From positions 62,001-126,000 of the IMG/VR virus record IMGVR_UViG_3300033153_013547: a stretch of DNA of 64,000 nucleotides; one strand, given 5' to 3'. Of the stretch, positions 7,556 through 16,258 are shown piece by piece. Below the pieces are notes generated by a model. The model saw only the letters and a program-made list of their open reading frames with translations, ran no database searches and was not told where the DNA came from. The first letter of the stretch is position 1. Each line of letters starts with the position of its first letter. The translations under genes and the position numbers were made by a program.

Positions 7556-10315
7556 TTATTTCTGTTGTTTTCCTCCTTGAAGTTGTCTCAATACTTCTTC
7601 CCAGTTGACATCATCTTGATGTTTTCTGAGAATTACCTTGGCAATTATCTGGGGTAGCCTGGTATTTCTTACTCTGGCTTCTTTCATCAGAGCATCCACA
7701 ATTGCTACTCCTTTGTCTGTTTTCAGCATAGGACAGAAACCTATATTGAGAACAGGTTGAACCAGTAGTGATGCATCATCTTCATTGATGTTTTGCATCA
7801 GCAACTCATCATACACTTTTCTTGCCAACAAAACACCCAGTGATTCTTTGGATTGTCCATCTCCTATGAACAGAAGATTGAAGAACCACTTAACCTTGGC
7901 AATTACTTCTTGTTTGGTTGCTGGAATGGGATTTAGCTTATCAGCAATATCCCATATTTCTACTTCTTTGGGTTCCCAGCCTATACCTGCTTTACCAAAG
8001 GTACCTGTGTGTTCTTTGATAGTTTCCAGGTCTGTGGGAACAAACAATACATGATCCCCATCATTGTCTGTGGCATCACACACATATGGTTCTCTTGATC
8101 CATTTCTGGGATCTATTGCTCCAAGCAGTAGAAAATCTCCTTCACCAAGGGCATGCTTGCAGTGTTGGATGATGGTTACATCAATAGCTCCTTGAAATCT
8201 AGGAGCCTTTTTCTGTAATGCCAGACTAAACTTCCCATCCTTTGGGAAATGAGGCATATTGGCTGCCACAAAATTGATTCTTATACCTGCTTGGCTTGCT
8301 ATTTTGTGTAGTTCTGGGTAGTGATATTCTAAAAATGCTTGTAGTCTGTTAGGATCTGATCTGTGGAATCCTATACATCTGGCATAGAATCCTTTTCTGC
8401 CCAAACATCTGAAAGCCATTCTGGCAATCCGTCTTTGTCCACGGGGGGATGTATCTTGTTTTGCTAGGTGTCCTGCATAGACCTGTAGTCCATAAATCTC
8501 ATCTATTTCTGTGATGAGATCATCTACCTCTGTAATTCCCAGTAATTGTTGGGATACATCTGGCATTACATCTCCAAACCATCTGGCAAGTTCTGTTGGA
8601 GCCTTGACAGGAACAGTCAATCCACCTGTAGCTAAATTGGCAATTCTAACTAGGTGGATTTTATCAGTGTCCACAATCTTTCCATCATGGACTTCGAAAT
8701 TGAGACGATCCAGCAGCTTTTTGCCATCTGTTGTCATCAACTTTCTGGTATATGGGCCATCTCTCAAAACACCAGAAATGGGCACAGGTGGTTCAGCCAA
8801 TGCTGCCACAATGACTTTGGGAACTATACAACCACGTAGGTTGTCTAGCTCTACAACGTCAGGAAGACCATATTTAGCCACTCCTGGACGTAAGCAATCA
8901 GCATTGTTGTGGCTGAATACTACCTTTATACCCCTTTTACGGAGTTCTTCAAGGTCTGGATGGTTCCAGTTTGAAACATCCAGAATGGTAACCTTGCCGC
9001 CCCAACCAATCTTGCTGGCTTTGACGCGGCATTTGATTTTCATAGCAAACGTATGGACTGGAATTACTCCCAGTCTGTTTCTGTCATCTCTGAATTTACC
9101 TGGGAGCATTGTGCACCTAACGTGCTGTGGCTGATCCCAGGACAGCAATTCCATACGTCTTCGTGGAAATCTGATGACGGTCTGGTTGATTTCATCATCA
9201 AATTCCCAATCTTCTTTATCGTTATCTAAATGTAGAACATCCAGCCTTGGACGGCTGAATATCAACTTTCCTCCTTCTTCTCTGATCTCAAAACTGGGGA
9301 TTCTGTCTGGCGACTCCCCTGCGCCAGGTGTTCCAGCAATAGTACGTAGTAGCACAAATTCCATTTCGTGCCATTTTCCTAATGCTGAATCACTGTCGAT
9401 CACCACGCACATTCTGTCGTGGTCCAGATCGACATCTGCCACGGTTCCTGATGCTACAAGAACGGGCCCCACTTCCATGTGGGTTTTGATAACGGAGACC
9501 TGGTGTAGTTCTCCGTTTCTAGTAGATTGTCCGCCATCCTTGGCGAATCTTCTGGGGTTGTATAGGCTATAAAACTCTTTCCAGTCCTTATGACGGGTAT
9601 CAACCAAGATTCCCTCGTATCTTGGTTGCATTAGAGGACCTGGATTTTCCCCGTCACAGATCCACTGTTGAACTGACATTGGCAGACCTCTGAACCTTTT
9701 ATCACCCATTCTTACAATGGGTTTGAAGGTCTTGTCCCCTGAAATGGGGATCAATACATGGCTGCCATCTTTGCCAAATTCAAATACTGCTGGTTTGCCT
9801 ATGATTTTGCACGTAAGATTGGCATAATTCCCACGTGGATTTGCCATAGAAATCATATCCAGAACCAGCAGTAGAGCCTTGATCTTGTCATCAACTGGCA
9901 ATCTGGCAAAGGGTTGCATGAACCAGTCAATGAACCTTTCTGCTGACAACACCATCTGTTGCCCTTTGTGCCAAAATAGCACATGAGCAGCAGAGTAAGT
10001 GTCTTTTGTTCCTTGAATTAGCAGACACTTGCCATTGGCAACTTTGCTAATTGCAGGAACAAACCAAACCATCTTTTTCTTGACAAATCCAGGGACATTA
10101 TTTCCAACAATATGAAACTTTCCTGGACCAAGGTGTTTAGACCAGAATTCTTCTGAATCTCTGATGGTCTGGTTGTCAAAAACAGTTTGTTGCTTGCTTT
10201 GTGGAAGAAACCATTGCTTGGCTACCTCCACAAAATCAACTGTATGACTTGTGAATAATTTCACAAGCCATTGAACAATGTCTAGCACCAATCTGGTGCT
10301 GAATTTACACTCCAT
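7556..10315 (-). CDS. putative single-subunit two-barrel (DPBB) RNA polymerase, YonO/RdRP-like
   Basis: 919 aa; DNDGD + hydrophobic strand (HVLFVP); K-x-P ~48 aa upstream; LGRKGFYARCIG similar to beta' LGKRVDYSxRxVI; VKASKIGWGGKVT similar to the beta K...K motif. Confidence 0.55.
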   Translation of the reverse strand: MECKFSTRLVLDIVQWLVKLFTSHTVDFVEVAKQWFLPQSKQQTVFDNQTIRDSEEFWSKHLGPGKFHIVGNNVPGFVKKKMVWFVPAISKVANGKCLLIQGTKDTYSAAHVLFWHKGQQMVLSAERFIDWFMQPFARLPVDDKIKALLLVLDMISMANPRGNYANLTCKIIGKPAVFEFGKDGSHVLIPISGDKTFKPIVRMGDKRFRGLPMSVQQWICDGENPGPLMQPRYEGILVDTRHKDWKEFYSLYNPRRFAKDGGQSTRNGELHQVSVIKTHMEVGPVLVASGTVADVDLDHDRMCVVIDSDSALGKWHEMEFVLLRTIAGTPGAGESPDRIPSFEIREEGGKLIFSRPRLDVLHLDNDKEDWEFDDEINQTVIRFPRRRMELLSWDQPQHVRCTMLPGKFRDDRNRLGVIPVHTFAMKIKCRVKASKIGWGGKVTILDVSNWNHPDLEELRKRGIKVVFSHNNADCLRPGVAKYGLPDVVELDNLRGCIVPKVIVAALAEPPVPISGVLRDGPYTRKLMTTDGKKLLDRLNFEVHDGKIVDTDKIHLVRIANLATGGLTVPVKAPTELARWFGDVMPDVSQQLLGITEVDDLITEIDEIYGLQVYAGHLAKQDTSPRGQRRIARMAFRCLGRKGFYARCIGFHRSDPNRLQAFLEYHYPELHKIASQAGIRINFVAANMPHFPKDGKFSLALQKKAPRFQGAIDVTIIQHCKHALGEGDFLLLGAIDPRNGSREPYVCDATDNDGDHVLFVPTDLETIKEHTGTFGKAGIGWEPKEVEIWDIADKLNPIPATKQEVIAKVKWFFNLLFIGDGQSKESLGVLLARKVYDELLMQNINEDDASLLVQPVLNIGFCPMLKTDKGVAIVDALMKEARVRNTRLPQIIAKVILRKHQDDVNWEEVLRQLQGGKQQK

Positions 10316-10376
10316 GACACACTCCTCTGTTAGTTAAATAGTAACAGCAACTACTCTTCTGTCTGTGGCACCTCCT

Positions 10377-10772
10377 TCAGAAGTGGCAACCAAGTTCACC
10401 GATGGTAAACTTGTATTTGGGGTTTGTTTTGACGTAGAAGTCCCATATTTCGAGAGGGATGTCATCCAAGAAATTGTCAGTCATCCACTCTTCGAAATCT
10501 TCGCCGTAGTAGTTCTTGGGATCCAGGTACGGCAAAGTTTGCCTGACGAGAGCACGTGCCAGATGTCGCTCCAGTTTGTGCTGGATTATGGTGCCTTCTA
10601 TCTCATCATAGCAGTTCATAGGGTTGAACTCTACTATAGTGCTCCACCCCCCAACCGTGGCTTTCCACCAAGCCGTATATTTCTCAATGGACGACTGGTA
10701 GATAGTCACGAACAACAGTTCAAATAGCACACCACATATGGTGATGCTACCTGGCAACGATGTAAAATCCAT
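10377..10772 (-). CDS. hypothetical protein (start revised from 10982 to MDFTSLP)
   Basis: GGAGTGTG SD before ATG 10772, as at 10315, 11445, 17070; the upstream extension crosses a structured GC-rich element. Confidence 0.6.
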   Translation of the reverse strand: MDFTSLPGSITICGVLFELLFVTIYQSSIEKYTAWWKATVGGWSTIVEFNPMNCYDEIEGTIIQHKLERHLARALVRQTLPYLDPKNYYGEDFEEWMTDNFLDDIPLEIWDFYVKTNPKYKFTIGELGCHF

Positions 10773-10803
10773 CACACACTCCATAGAATATAAATTTGGT
10801 TGA

Positions 10804-10955
10804 AACTCTCTCTCAACCGCCCCTACGGGGGCGTAGCGCCGCAGCAGGCGGGTCAAAGCCGAGCGCGACCGAGCTTGCCGAAGGTCGTGCGTAGTGCGAA
10901 GCAGTGCTTTGATGCGCCTGACCGGCGCGTATAATGAAAAAGTTGAGAGAGAGTT
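10804..10955 (+). other. ~150-nt nested inverted-repeat (rod) element
   Basis: AACTCTCTCTCAAC/GTTGAGAGAGAGTT enclosing GCGCCG/CGGCGC, CAGGCG/CGCCTG, TCAAAGC/GCTTTGA, GCGCGACC/GGTCGTGC. Confidence 0.7.
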
Positions 10956-11050
10956 AGCAAACAGCGTACATGTTGTTAGCATTTTACATATTTATAGCTT
11001 ATTGATATAGTAGCCTTCGTTACTCTTTCTCTCCCCTATAAGAACGGAGT

Positions 11051-11083
11051 AAAAAAATACCTGCCCCCATTACAGGGGCAGGT
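11051..11083 (-). terminator. rho-independent terminator
   Basis: ACCTGCCCCT-GTAAT-GGGGGCAGGT then T7 on minus strand, just after the 11092 stop. Confidence 0.8.
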
Positions 11084-11091
11084 TGGGATGG

Positions 11092-11445
11092 TTACTGTGT
11101 GATGACACGAGTTTCTTGGACTGTGTTGGCTTCGCAGGCTTTACGAAGCCTTTCCCCATCGTTCTGGGAAATGGTCTCGATCAACTTTGCCACTTTGGTA
11201 GCGGTCTTTTTGTCGACTGGAATCCACTTTCCGTTGTCGGGGCGACGAATTCGGATATCGAATCCGTCAGGACTTACAGTAACCATGATGCTGGTTTTGG
11301 AATCATTGGAATTGAGGAAGAAAAACCAGTTAACCTCCTTGTTCCCTGTCAAGCGGATGCCCCCGCTGTTGGCATTGAAATCTCCGACGGGGAACAACCC
11401 CTTTGGGCTGTTGTCGATGATTTCCACGTTTTTAAAGTAGCTCAT
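11092..11445 (-). CDS. hypothetical protein (start revised to MSYFKNV)
   Basis: AGGAG SD before ATG 11445; terminator follows. Confidence 0.7.
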   Translation of the reverse strand: MSYFKNVEIIDNSPKGLFPVGDFNANSGGIRLTGNKEVNWFFFLNSNDSKTSIMVTVSPDGFDIRIRRPDNGKWIPVDKKTATKVAKLIETISQNDGERLRKACEANTVQETRVITQ

Positions 11446-11476
11446 AACGCACACTCCTAAAAGTTTGTTTGTCACG

Positions 11477-11744
11477 CACATCCCGTGACATAGTCTTCAG
11501 GACGAACTGCGGCTTGGCCTAGCCCCGAGCGTTAGCGAGCCCAGGAGAAGAAATGGGAGAGGTCTGACTACCATTAAAATATAAAACATGTCAGACCTGA
11601 AGGGTTCCTATTTCTTCGGATGGGTGTAGGGCTAGGCCAAGGGAGAGCAGTTTGTCACAATGTATGTCACGGATGTGAGATCGTCTAAAGTTGCGCTAGT
11701 CTCCTTTCTTTTCAAATAAATAAGTGGCTAGCGCAACTTTAGAC
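11477..11744 (+). other. ~200-nt imperfect rod plus a 62-nt hairpin; structured ssDNA or ncRNA candidate
   Basis: Five nested stems at 11477-11677 and a 19-bp stem at 11683-11744; mismatches read as G-T on the + strand. Confidence 0.65.
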
Positions 11745-12051
11745 ACCTTATGGATGTCTTTTTGACTTAGAAAAGGCGGTCAGAAATAGAAGAACCTTTC
11801 TCTATCTCCCCCCACCTGGAGAATTGCAAAATTGTCAAAAAGCATCATTGTGTAAACTACAAGCAAGTAATGTGCTACTTATTCTTAGATTGTATCATAT
11901 TGTTCTTAGATTATGCCACATCCTGAACTCAAAGCAAAACAGGGGGCATAGACGTGTTGTATGTGCAGAAGGCGATGGTCTGCCGAAGGCAACACAATGT
12001 AATATTATCTATTAAAGTTGCCCTCAGCAGACCCATCAACATCAATCCAAG

Positions 12052-12222
12052 CTAATCACTTGGGAAAATGGGATACCGTGGATCATCCAGATCCTGGGGG
12101 GGGTCTTCCACTTCATAATGTGGACACCCATCACAATCTGGGCCTACGATATCCGTCAAGCCACACACCGACTCGTTGTCGGATAGGCTAAACCACAGAT
12201 GGACACAGGCCTCTTTTTCCAT
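12052..12222 (-). CDS. 56-aa acidic Cys-containing mini-protein, not in ORF track; last cassette of array
   Basis: AAGGAGG SD supplied by repeat R1; MEKEACVHLW...DDPRYPIFPSD. Confidence 0.7.
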   Translation of the reverse strand: MEKEACVHLWFSLSDNESVCGLTDIVGPDCDGCPHYEVEDPPQDLDDPRYPIFPSD

Positions 12223-12227
12223 CTCTT

Positions 12228-12307
12228 TCCTCCTTCAAGAAAGAATCACTATGCATTCATCATGGCACAATGTAGCTTCATGGCCACCAGCTACTCGGCC
12301 AAGCAGT
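12228..12307 (-). repeat. array repeat R1 (pseudoknot + P3 hairpin + SD)
   Basis: GGCCGAGTAGCTGGTGGCCATGAAGCTACATTGTGCCATGATGAATGCATAG...AAGGAGG. Confidence 0.9.
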
Positions 12308-12631
12308 TTAGTCACGAGGATCTATAACCCCTTCGATTTCATAGTCATCAACCTCTTCGATTTCACGGTCATTATTATAATCATACGAAACTTCATCGAT
12401 CCCCACCCTGAAGAGTGGGGATCCTCCACCACACGCGTCGAGGAACGCCATCTTTACCTGATGGGGATTTTGCCAATCATCATCAGGTTCGATGATCTTA
12501 ACCCCCCGTGTACTTGCAACAATACGGCCACCGATCTCATCAATGGCAAGAAACGCAGGCTTGCCATCATCGGTAACCGACATGAATGCCCCATATGTTA
12601 AATTGAAGTAGTTGTTAAAAAACAGATTCAT
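12308..12631 (-). CDS. acidic hypothetical protein ending DPRD
   Basis: 107 aa, between R2 and R1. Confidence 0.75.
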   Translation of the reverse strand: MNLFFNNYFNLTYGAFMSVTDDGKPAFLAIDEIGGRIVASTRGVKIIEPDDDWQNPHQVKMAFLDACGGGSPLFRVGIDEVSYDYNNDREIEEVDDYEIEGVIDPRD

Positions 12632-12731
12632 CTCTTCCTCCTTAGAAAGAAATCATCACACTTTCGTAGTGATCAAGTGATCGGATGATCACACGTAGCT
12701 TCATGGCCACCAGCTACTCGGCCACACAGCT
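12632..12731 (-). repeat. array repeat R2 (pseudoknot + alternative GTGATC hairpins + SD)
   Basis: Near-identical to R9; shares the pseudoknot with R1/R5/R7/R8. Confidence 0.9.
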
Positions 12732-12887
12732 TTAGTCACGAGGATCCAGATCCAACTCAGGATCCAGATCCAAGACATCAACATCAACCCCCCATCTGCA
12801 ATCTTGTTGATAAACAAGATCGCACTCTTCTCCCTCGGAAAGGAGGCAAGTTATGCCATCCTTCCCTAGGTATTTGCATTTTTTCAT
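12732..12887 (-). CDS. 51-aa acidic Cys-rich mini-protein ending DPRD (start revised)
   Basis: MKKCKYLGKDG...LDLDPRD; the longer ORF-track start reads through repeat R3. Confidence 0.7.
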   Translation of the reverse strand: MKKCKYLGKDGITCLLSEGEECDLVYQQDCRWGVDVDVLDLDPELDLDPRD

Positions 12888-12984
12888 TTTTCTTCTCCCT
12901 TGCCCCAAAGCACAACTCTTTGGGGCAAATCGCCATGCATTCATCATGGCACAATGCAGCCACAGTGCTAACGGCTGCTCAGCT
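12888..12984 (-). repeat. array repeat R3 (pseudoknot + P3 + P4 + SD)
   Basis: GCTGAGCAGCCGTTAGCACTGTGGCTGCATTGTGCCATGATGAATGCATGGCGATTTGCCCCAAAGAGTTGTGCTTTGGGGC. Confidence 0.9.
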
Positions 12985-12990
12985 AAAATG

Positions 12991-13956
12991 TTAAACAGGC
13001 ACAATCGAGTCGCTTCCTGCCTGCAACCTGCGCCTGTTTCCCAACACGATCCCCTCTTTCGTGTTGGCGTAGCAGTAACTGCAAAGGTGTGGGCAGGTGT
13101 TATATTGCCCGATGTCTTTGCTGGCAGCGCATCCGCAGATGCGCCGCTGCCCTGAATCTTTCAGTCCGGCTGGAGTGCCGAAAAGTTTCAGCAGTGCCGG
13201 ATCATTATTTGAGATTCGGAGCAACAGCTCGTCATCGATACATTTGTTTGGCTCGATGCTTGGTTGCTGAAGATCGAGCGGCTCGGCGCAAGTCGCCAAT
13301 TTTAGCCCCCATTGCTGATTCAATCTTACCAAACCTGAAGCTGTCTCACGCATTAAAAATGGTGTGAAATCGAGCCATTTGACGCCCTTTGCCTTTAGGT
13401 TGTTTCGGACTTTACCATAAGCGTCCATATAACTGAAAACCAACTTTTCCGTATATGGATGCAATTGGTCGCCCACTCGTTTAACCTTTTCGAGAAGTCG
13501 CTCAACATTGAGCTCTTCTGTTAAGATTAGAGGATCGAAACGCCAAATCACTCTATGCTTGCCAAGACGGTTGGACAACTCTTGGAATGATTGAATGCGC
13601 GACTCCAGAGGCGGCACATTCGGTTCCAACGCGCCGCCATGGTCTGCGACATAGTCGTTGACCGTGAACTGGAAATAGTAGGCGACGCCTACTTGATCCA
13701 GCTTTTTAAGGTGTTTCATCAAGGGTTTTGGATTCTTACTCCAAAAAACGATGGCGCGCATACGCTCAAAGGAAACAAACTGGGATTTCCCATTAAAAGG
13801 ATTAACCCAGCGTGAATAGCCTTCTTCGAGTCGTCGCATAAACCAATCAGAATAAAAGGCTGGAATATCGGTAGATCGACTAGCCGATATAACTTCCGGC
13901 GCCACAGCCGTATGCACTCCACTGGATGTGGAGATTTCAGTTCTTTTCCACCTCAT
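12991..13956 (-). CDS. DUF1848 family protein (radical-SAM-like, C-terminal Cys cluster)
   Basis: ISASRSTDIPAFYSDWF, FWSKNP, WRFDP, CGCAASKDIGQYNTCPHLCSYCYAN. Confidence 0.88.
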   Translation of the reverse strand: MRWKRTEISTSSGVHTAVAPEVISASRSTDIPAFYSDWFMRRLEEGYSRWVNPFNGKSQFVSFERMRAIVFWSKNPKPLMKHLKKLDQVGVAYYFQFTVNDYVADHGGALEPNVPPLESRIQSFQELSNRLGKHRVIWRFDPLILTEELNVERLLEKVKRVGDQLHPYTEKLVFSYMDAYGKVRNNLKAKGVKWLDFTPFLMRETASGLVRLNQQWGLKLATCAEPLDLQQPSIEPNKCIDDELLLRISNNDPALLKLFGTPAGLKDSGQRRICGCAASKDIGQYNTCPHLCSYCYANTKEGIVLGNRRRLQAGSDSIVPV

Positions 13957-14050
13957 CTACTCTCCCTACCCCAAAGCACAACTCTTTGGGGCAAATCGCC
14001 ATGCATTCATCATGGCACAATGCAACTTCATTGCTATCAGTTGCTCAGCT
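13957..14050 (-). repeat. array repeat R4
   Basis: Same architecture; S2 stem variant GCAACT/AGTTGC. Confidence 0.9.
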
Positions 14051-14057
14051 AATTAAT

Positions 14058-14582
14058 TCACCAATTCTGTTGAACAAACGCCACAATGGCGTCAAAGGTG
14101 TTTAGATCAACATCTTTGACGCCATTGTTGCCAATGATGGTCAACGGAATCCCCAGGCCAAGGGCAATCCTTATCCCCTGGCCTGTACCACCAAGGCCCC
14201 GTTTGTTAGACGGAGCAGCAATTACAGAATCACAACCAAAAATGATTCTGTAATTCCTTCCGTGCAACTTCCTTGCCCCCATAGACAAATATCCTGGGGC
14301 AGGATGATATTTGTCAACGGAAGCAAAGGCCGCCTGGTCGCTCATGGACAAAACATGAACGACCTTGCAAAGGCCCTGGATTTGAGAATTGTACGACGGC
14401 CACGGCACATGACCTTCAGTACTTATTCCCAAATTTCTGGCATGCTCGATGGCAACTTTGTCAATACCATCAGCGCAGCCAGAGACAACTACAGACCCTT
14501 TATCAAGAGATTCTACAATCTCTCTGACAATGCGGATCTGGGGACCAGAGGGGTCTCTGGTCCCTATCACAGCAATCTTCAT
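14058..14582 (-). CDS. SLOG superfamily (DprA/Smf-like) nucleotide-binding protein
   Basis: IAVIGTR, VVSGCADGID, GGTGQGIRIALGLGIP. Confidence 0.75.
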   Translation of the reverse strand: MKIAVIGTRDPSGPQIRIVREIVESLDKGSVVVSGCADGIDKVAIEHARNLGISTEGHVPWPSYNSQIQGLCKVVHVLSMSDQAAFASVDKYHPAPGYLSMGARKLHGRNYRIIFGCDSVIAAPSNKRGLGGTGQGIRIALGLGIPLTIIGNNGVKDVDLNTFDAIVAFVQQNW

Positions 14583-14666
14583 TCCTTTTCTCCTTCAAAA
14601 AAGAATCGCCATGCATTCATCATGGCACAATGTAGCTTCATGGCCATCAGCTACTCGGCCAGGCAG
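14583..14666 (-). repeat. array repeat R5 (no P4)
   Basis: Close match to R1. Confidence 0.9.
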
Positions 14667-14673
14667 ACAATTG

Positions 14674-14934
14674 TTAATGAACAATCACTCCATCTTTCAC
14701 CCTTCTTAGGGCAAAGATGAAGTCATCGCCTTGCATATAGACGATGACCTTTACATCCGAGGTGTCGAAACACTCTATACTGGTCTCGACAAATTTTAAG
14801 GGATCGTTAAGGTACGCATCAGCGTCATTAACATCCAGCACCCATGTGCCGGTTATCGGGAGCCTAAACGCCTCCCGAATGATAACATGTGATCCCGGAC
14901 TTGCCGGGATCGTGGGGTATATAATTCTCCTCAT
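14674..14934 (-). CDS. hypothetical protein (start revised to MRRIIYP)
   Basis: AAGGAG SD of R6. Confidence 0.65.
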   Translation of the reverse strand: MRRIIYPTIPASPGSHVIIREAFRLPITGTWVLDVNDADAYLNDPLKFVETSIECFDTSDVKVIVYMQGDDFIFALRRVKDGVIVH

Positions 14935-14940
14935 CCCCAT

Positions 14941-15032
14941 CTCCTTTGCCCCAAAGCACAACTCTTTGGGGTAAAATCGCCATGTATTCATCATGGCACA
15001 ATGTAGCCTTATGACTATCGGCTGCTCAGTCA
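14941..15032 (-). repeat. array repeat R6
   Basis: S1 variant GACTG/TAGTC. Confidence 0.9.
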
Positions 15033-15039
15033 AGAGAAC

Positions 15040-15423
15040 TTAGGCAGAATCTCTGATCTTCATCAGGATCCTGCCCAGATGGTTCAGTCCAACTCCGTTG
15101 CTTACGCCCCAGAATTGGTCTCCCCACCAATTCTCTTCAACGATCTCCCCCTTTATGGCCTGAAGTTTGGCCATAAAGACAGGATCGCTGAACTTTTTAC
15201 TTACCAGATCCTCCATGATCTGGAGTTTGACCTGATCCCAGTCAGGCCTAAGCCTAACTGTTTTGCCAATCTTTTTGGCAATAAACCCGTTGGTCACACC
15301 AACGAATCTTGCCTGATCAGCAGGATCAGTACACTTTGCCTTCTGGTACTCCACCTCCACACAGTACCCTAACGAATTAGGACACATGTTGGACAGAAAC
15401 CAGAAGATGCCCCTGAATCTCAT
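15040..15423 (-). CDS. NADAR (YbiA-like) ADP-ribose/N-glycosidase
   Basis: FLSN, VEYQKAK, RPDWDQVKLQIM, KF, IVEENWWGDQFWG, GLNHLGRILMKIR; AAGGAGG SD. Confidence 0.9.
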   Translation of the reverse strand: MRFRGIFWFLSNMCPNSLGYCVEVEYQKAKCTDPADQARFVGVTNGFIAKKIGKTVRLRPDWDQVKLQIMEDLVSKKFSDPVFMAKLQAIKGEIVEENWWGDQFWGVSNGVGLNHLGRILMKIRDSA

Positions 15424-15433
15424 AATCACCTCC

Positions 15434-15847
15434 TTAGTGATATATCTCAACATTCAGATCAAGATCAGCCAGTTTATCAGACATCATCTGCCTAACCACT
15501 GGCCAATCCAGACCTCCAAGGCCACATCCAAGCCTGGGGAAGGCTATGGACCTAAAACTCCAGGTTTGGGTGGCAAAATCATCAAGACCATCAGAGATAT
15601 ACTCCAATTTGCTTGGATCTCTCCAATGATCCTTGGTGGGGAACAGTAGAACATTCTCCACCAAGATGACCTTGCCAGGCCTTAGAATGCCTGCAGAGCA
15701 TAGCCTGGCATACTCTGCAAACACCATGGGAAACCTTGCTTTGAACTCCAAGGCAAGACCCTTGCCCATCACGCCAACACAGTTGACGGGATTGACAAGA
15801 ACCTCACATTTGGAATCAAACAGATCCCCCCGCAGCAACAACAACAT
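15434..15847 (-). CDS. macrodomain ADP-ribosylhydrolase (DarG/Poa1/TARG1-like class)
   Basis: GDLF, VNPVNCVGVMGKGLALEFK, FPTKDHW, SIAFPRLGCGLGGLDW. Confidence 0.9.
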   Translation of the reverse strand: MLLLLRGDLFDSKCEVLVNPVNCVGVMGKGLALEFKARFPMVFAEYARLCSAGILRPGKVILVENVLLFPTKDHWRDPSKLEYISDGLDDFATQTWSFRSIAFPRLGCGLGGLDWPVVRQMMSDKLADLDLNVEIYH

Positions 15848-15951
15848 CTCCTCCTCCTTTACCCCAAAGCACAACTCTTTGGGGTAAAATCGCCATGTAT
15901 TCATCATGGCACAATGTAGCTTCATGGCCACCAGCTACTCGGCCAAGCAGT
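15848..15951 (-). repeat. array repeat R7
   Basis: GGCCG-type pseudoknot + P3 + P4. Confidence 0.9.
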
Positions 15952-16155
15952 TTAATCACGAGGATATCTGATGACATCATTCATGGTATCATGGTCAATA
16001 TCAGCAGATATCGTCTTGATTGCTTCCAACTTGATGAAAGCGCACAGAAGTCCCCGCACTTCTTCGATTTCATCAAATAAAATCTTGCTCCGATGAAAGA
16101 GCAAGACTATCGTCACCACAAGGGCGGCGATAATAATCGACATTAATAACAACAT
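15952..16155 (-). CDS. 67-aa membrane-anchored protein ending YPRD (start revised)
   Basis: MLLLMSIIIAALVVTIVLLF hydrophobic N-term; SD from R8. Confidence 0.7.
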   Translation of the reverse strand: MLLLMSIIIAALVVTIVLLFHRSKILFDEIEEVRGLLCAFIKLEAIKTISADIDHDTMNDVIRYPRD

Positions 16156-16258
16156 CTCCTCCTCCTTTACCCCAAAGCACAACTCTTTGGAGCAAAATCG
16201 CCATGTATTCATCATGGCACAATGCAGCTTCATGGCCACCAGCTACTCGGCCAAGCAG
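16156..16258 (-). repeat. array repeat R8
   Basis: Near-identical to R7. Confidence 0.9.

Noticed and set aside
7785-9572. Plus-strand ORFs inside the 919-aa gene (and similar shadow ORFs elsewhere)
   Set aside because: Antisense shadows of longer, motif-bearing genes
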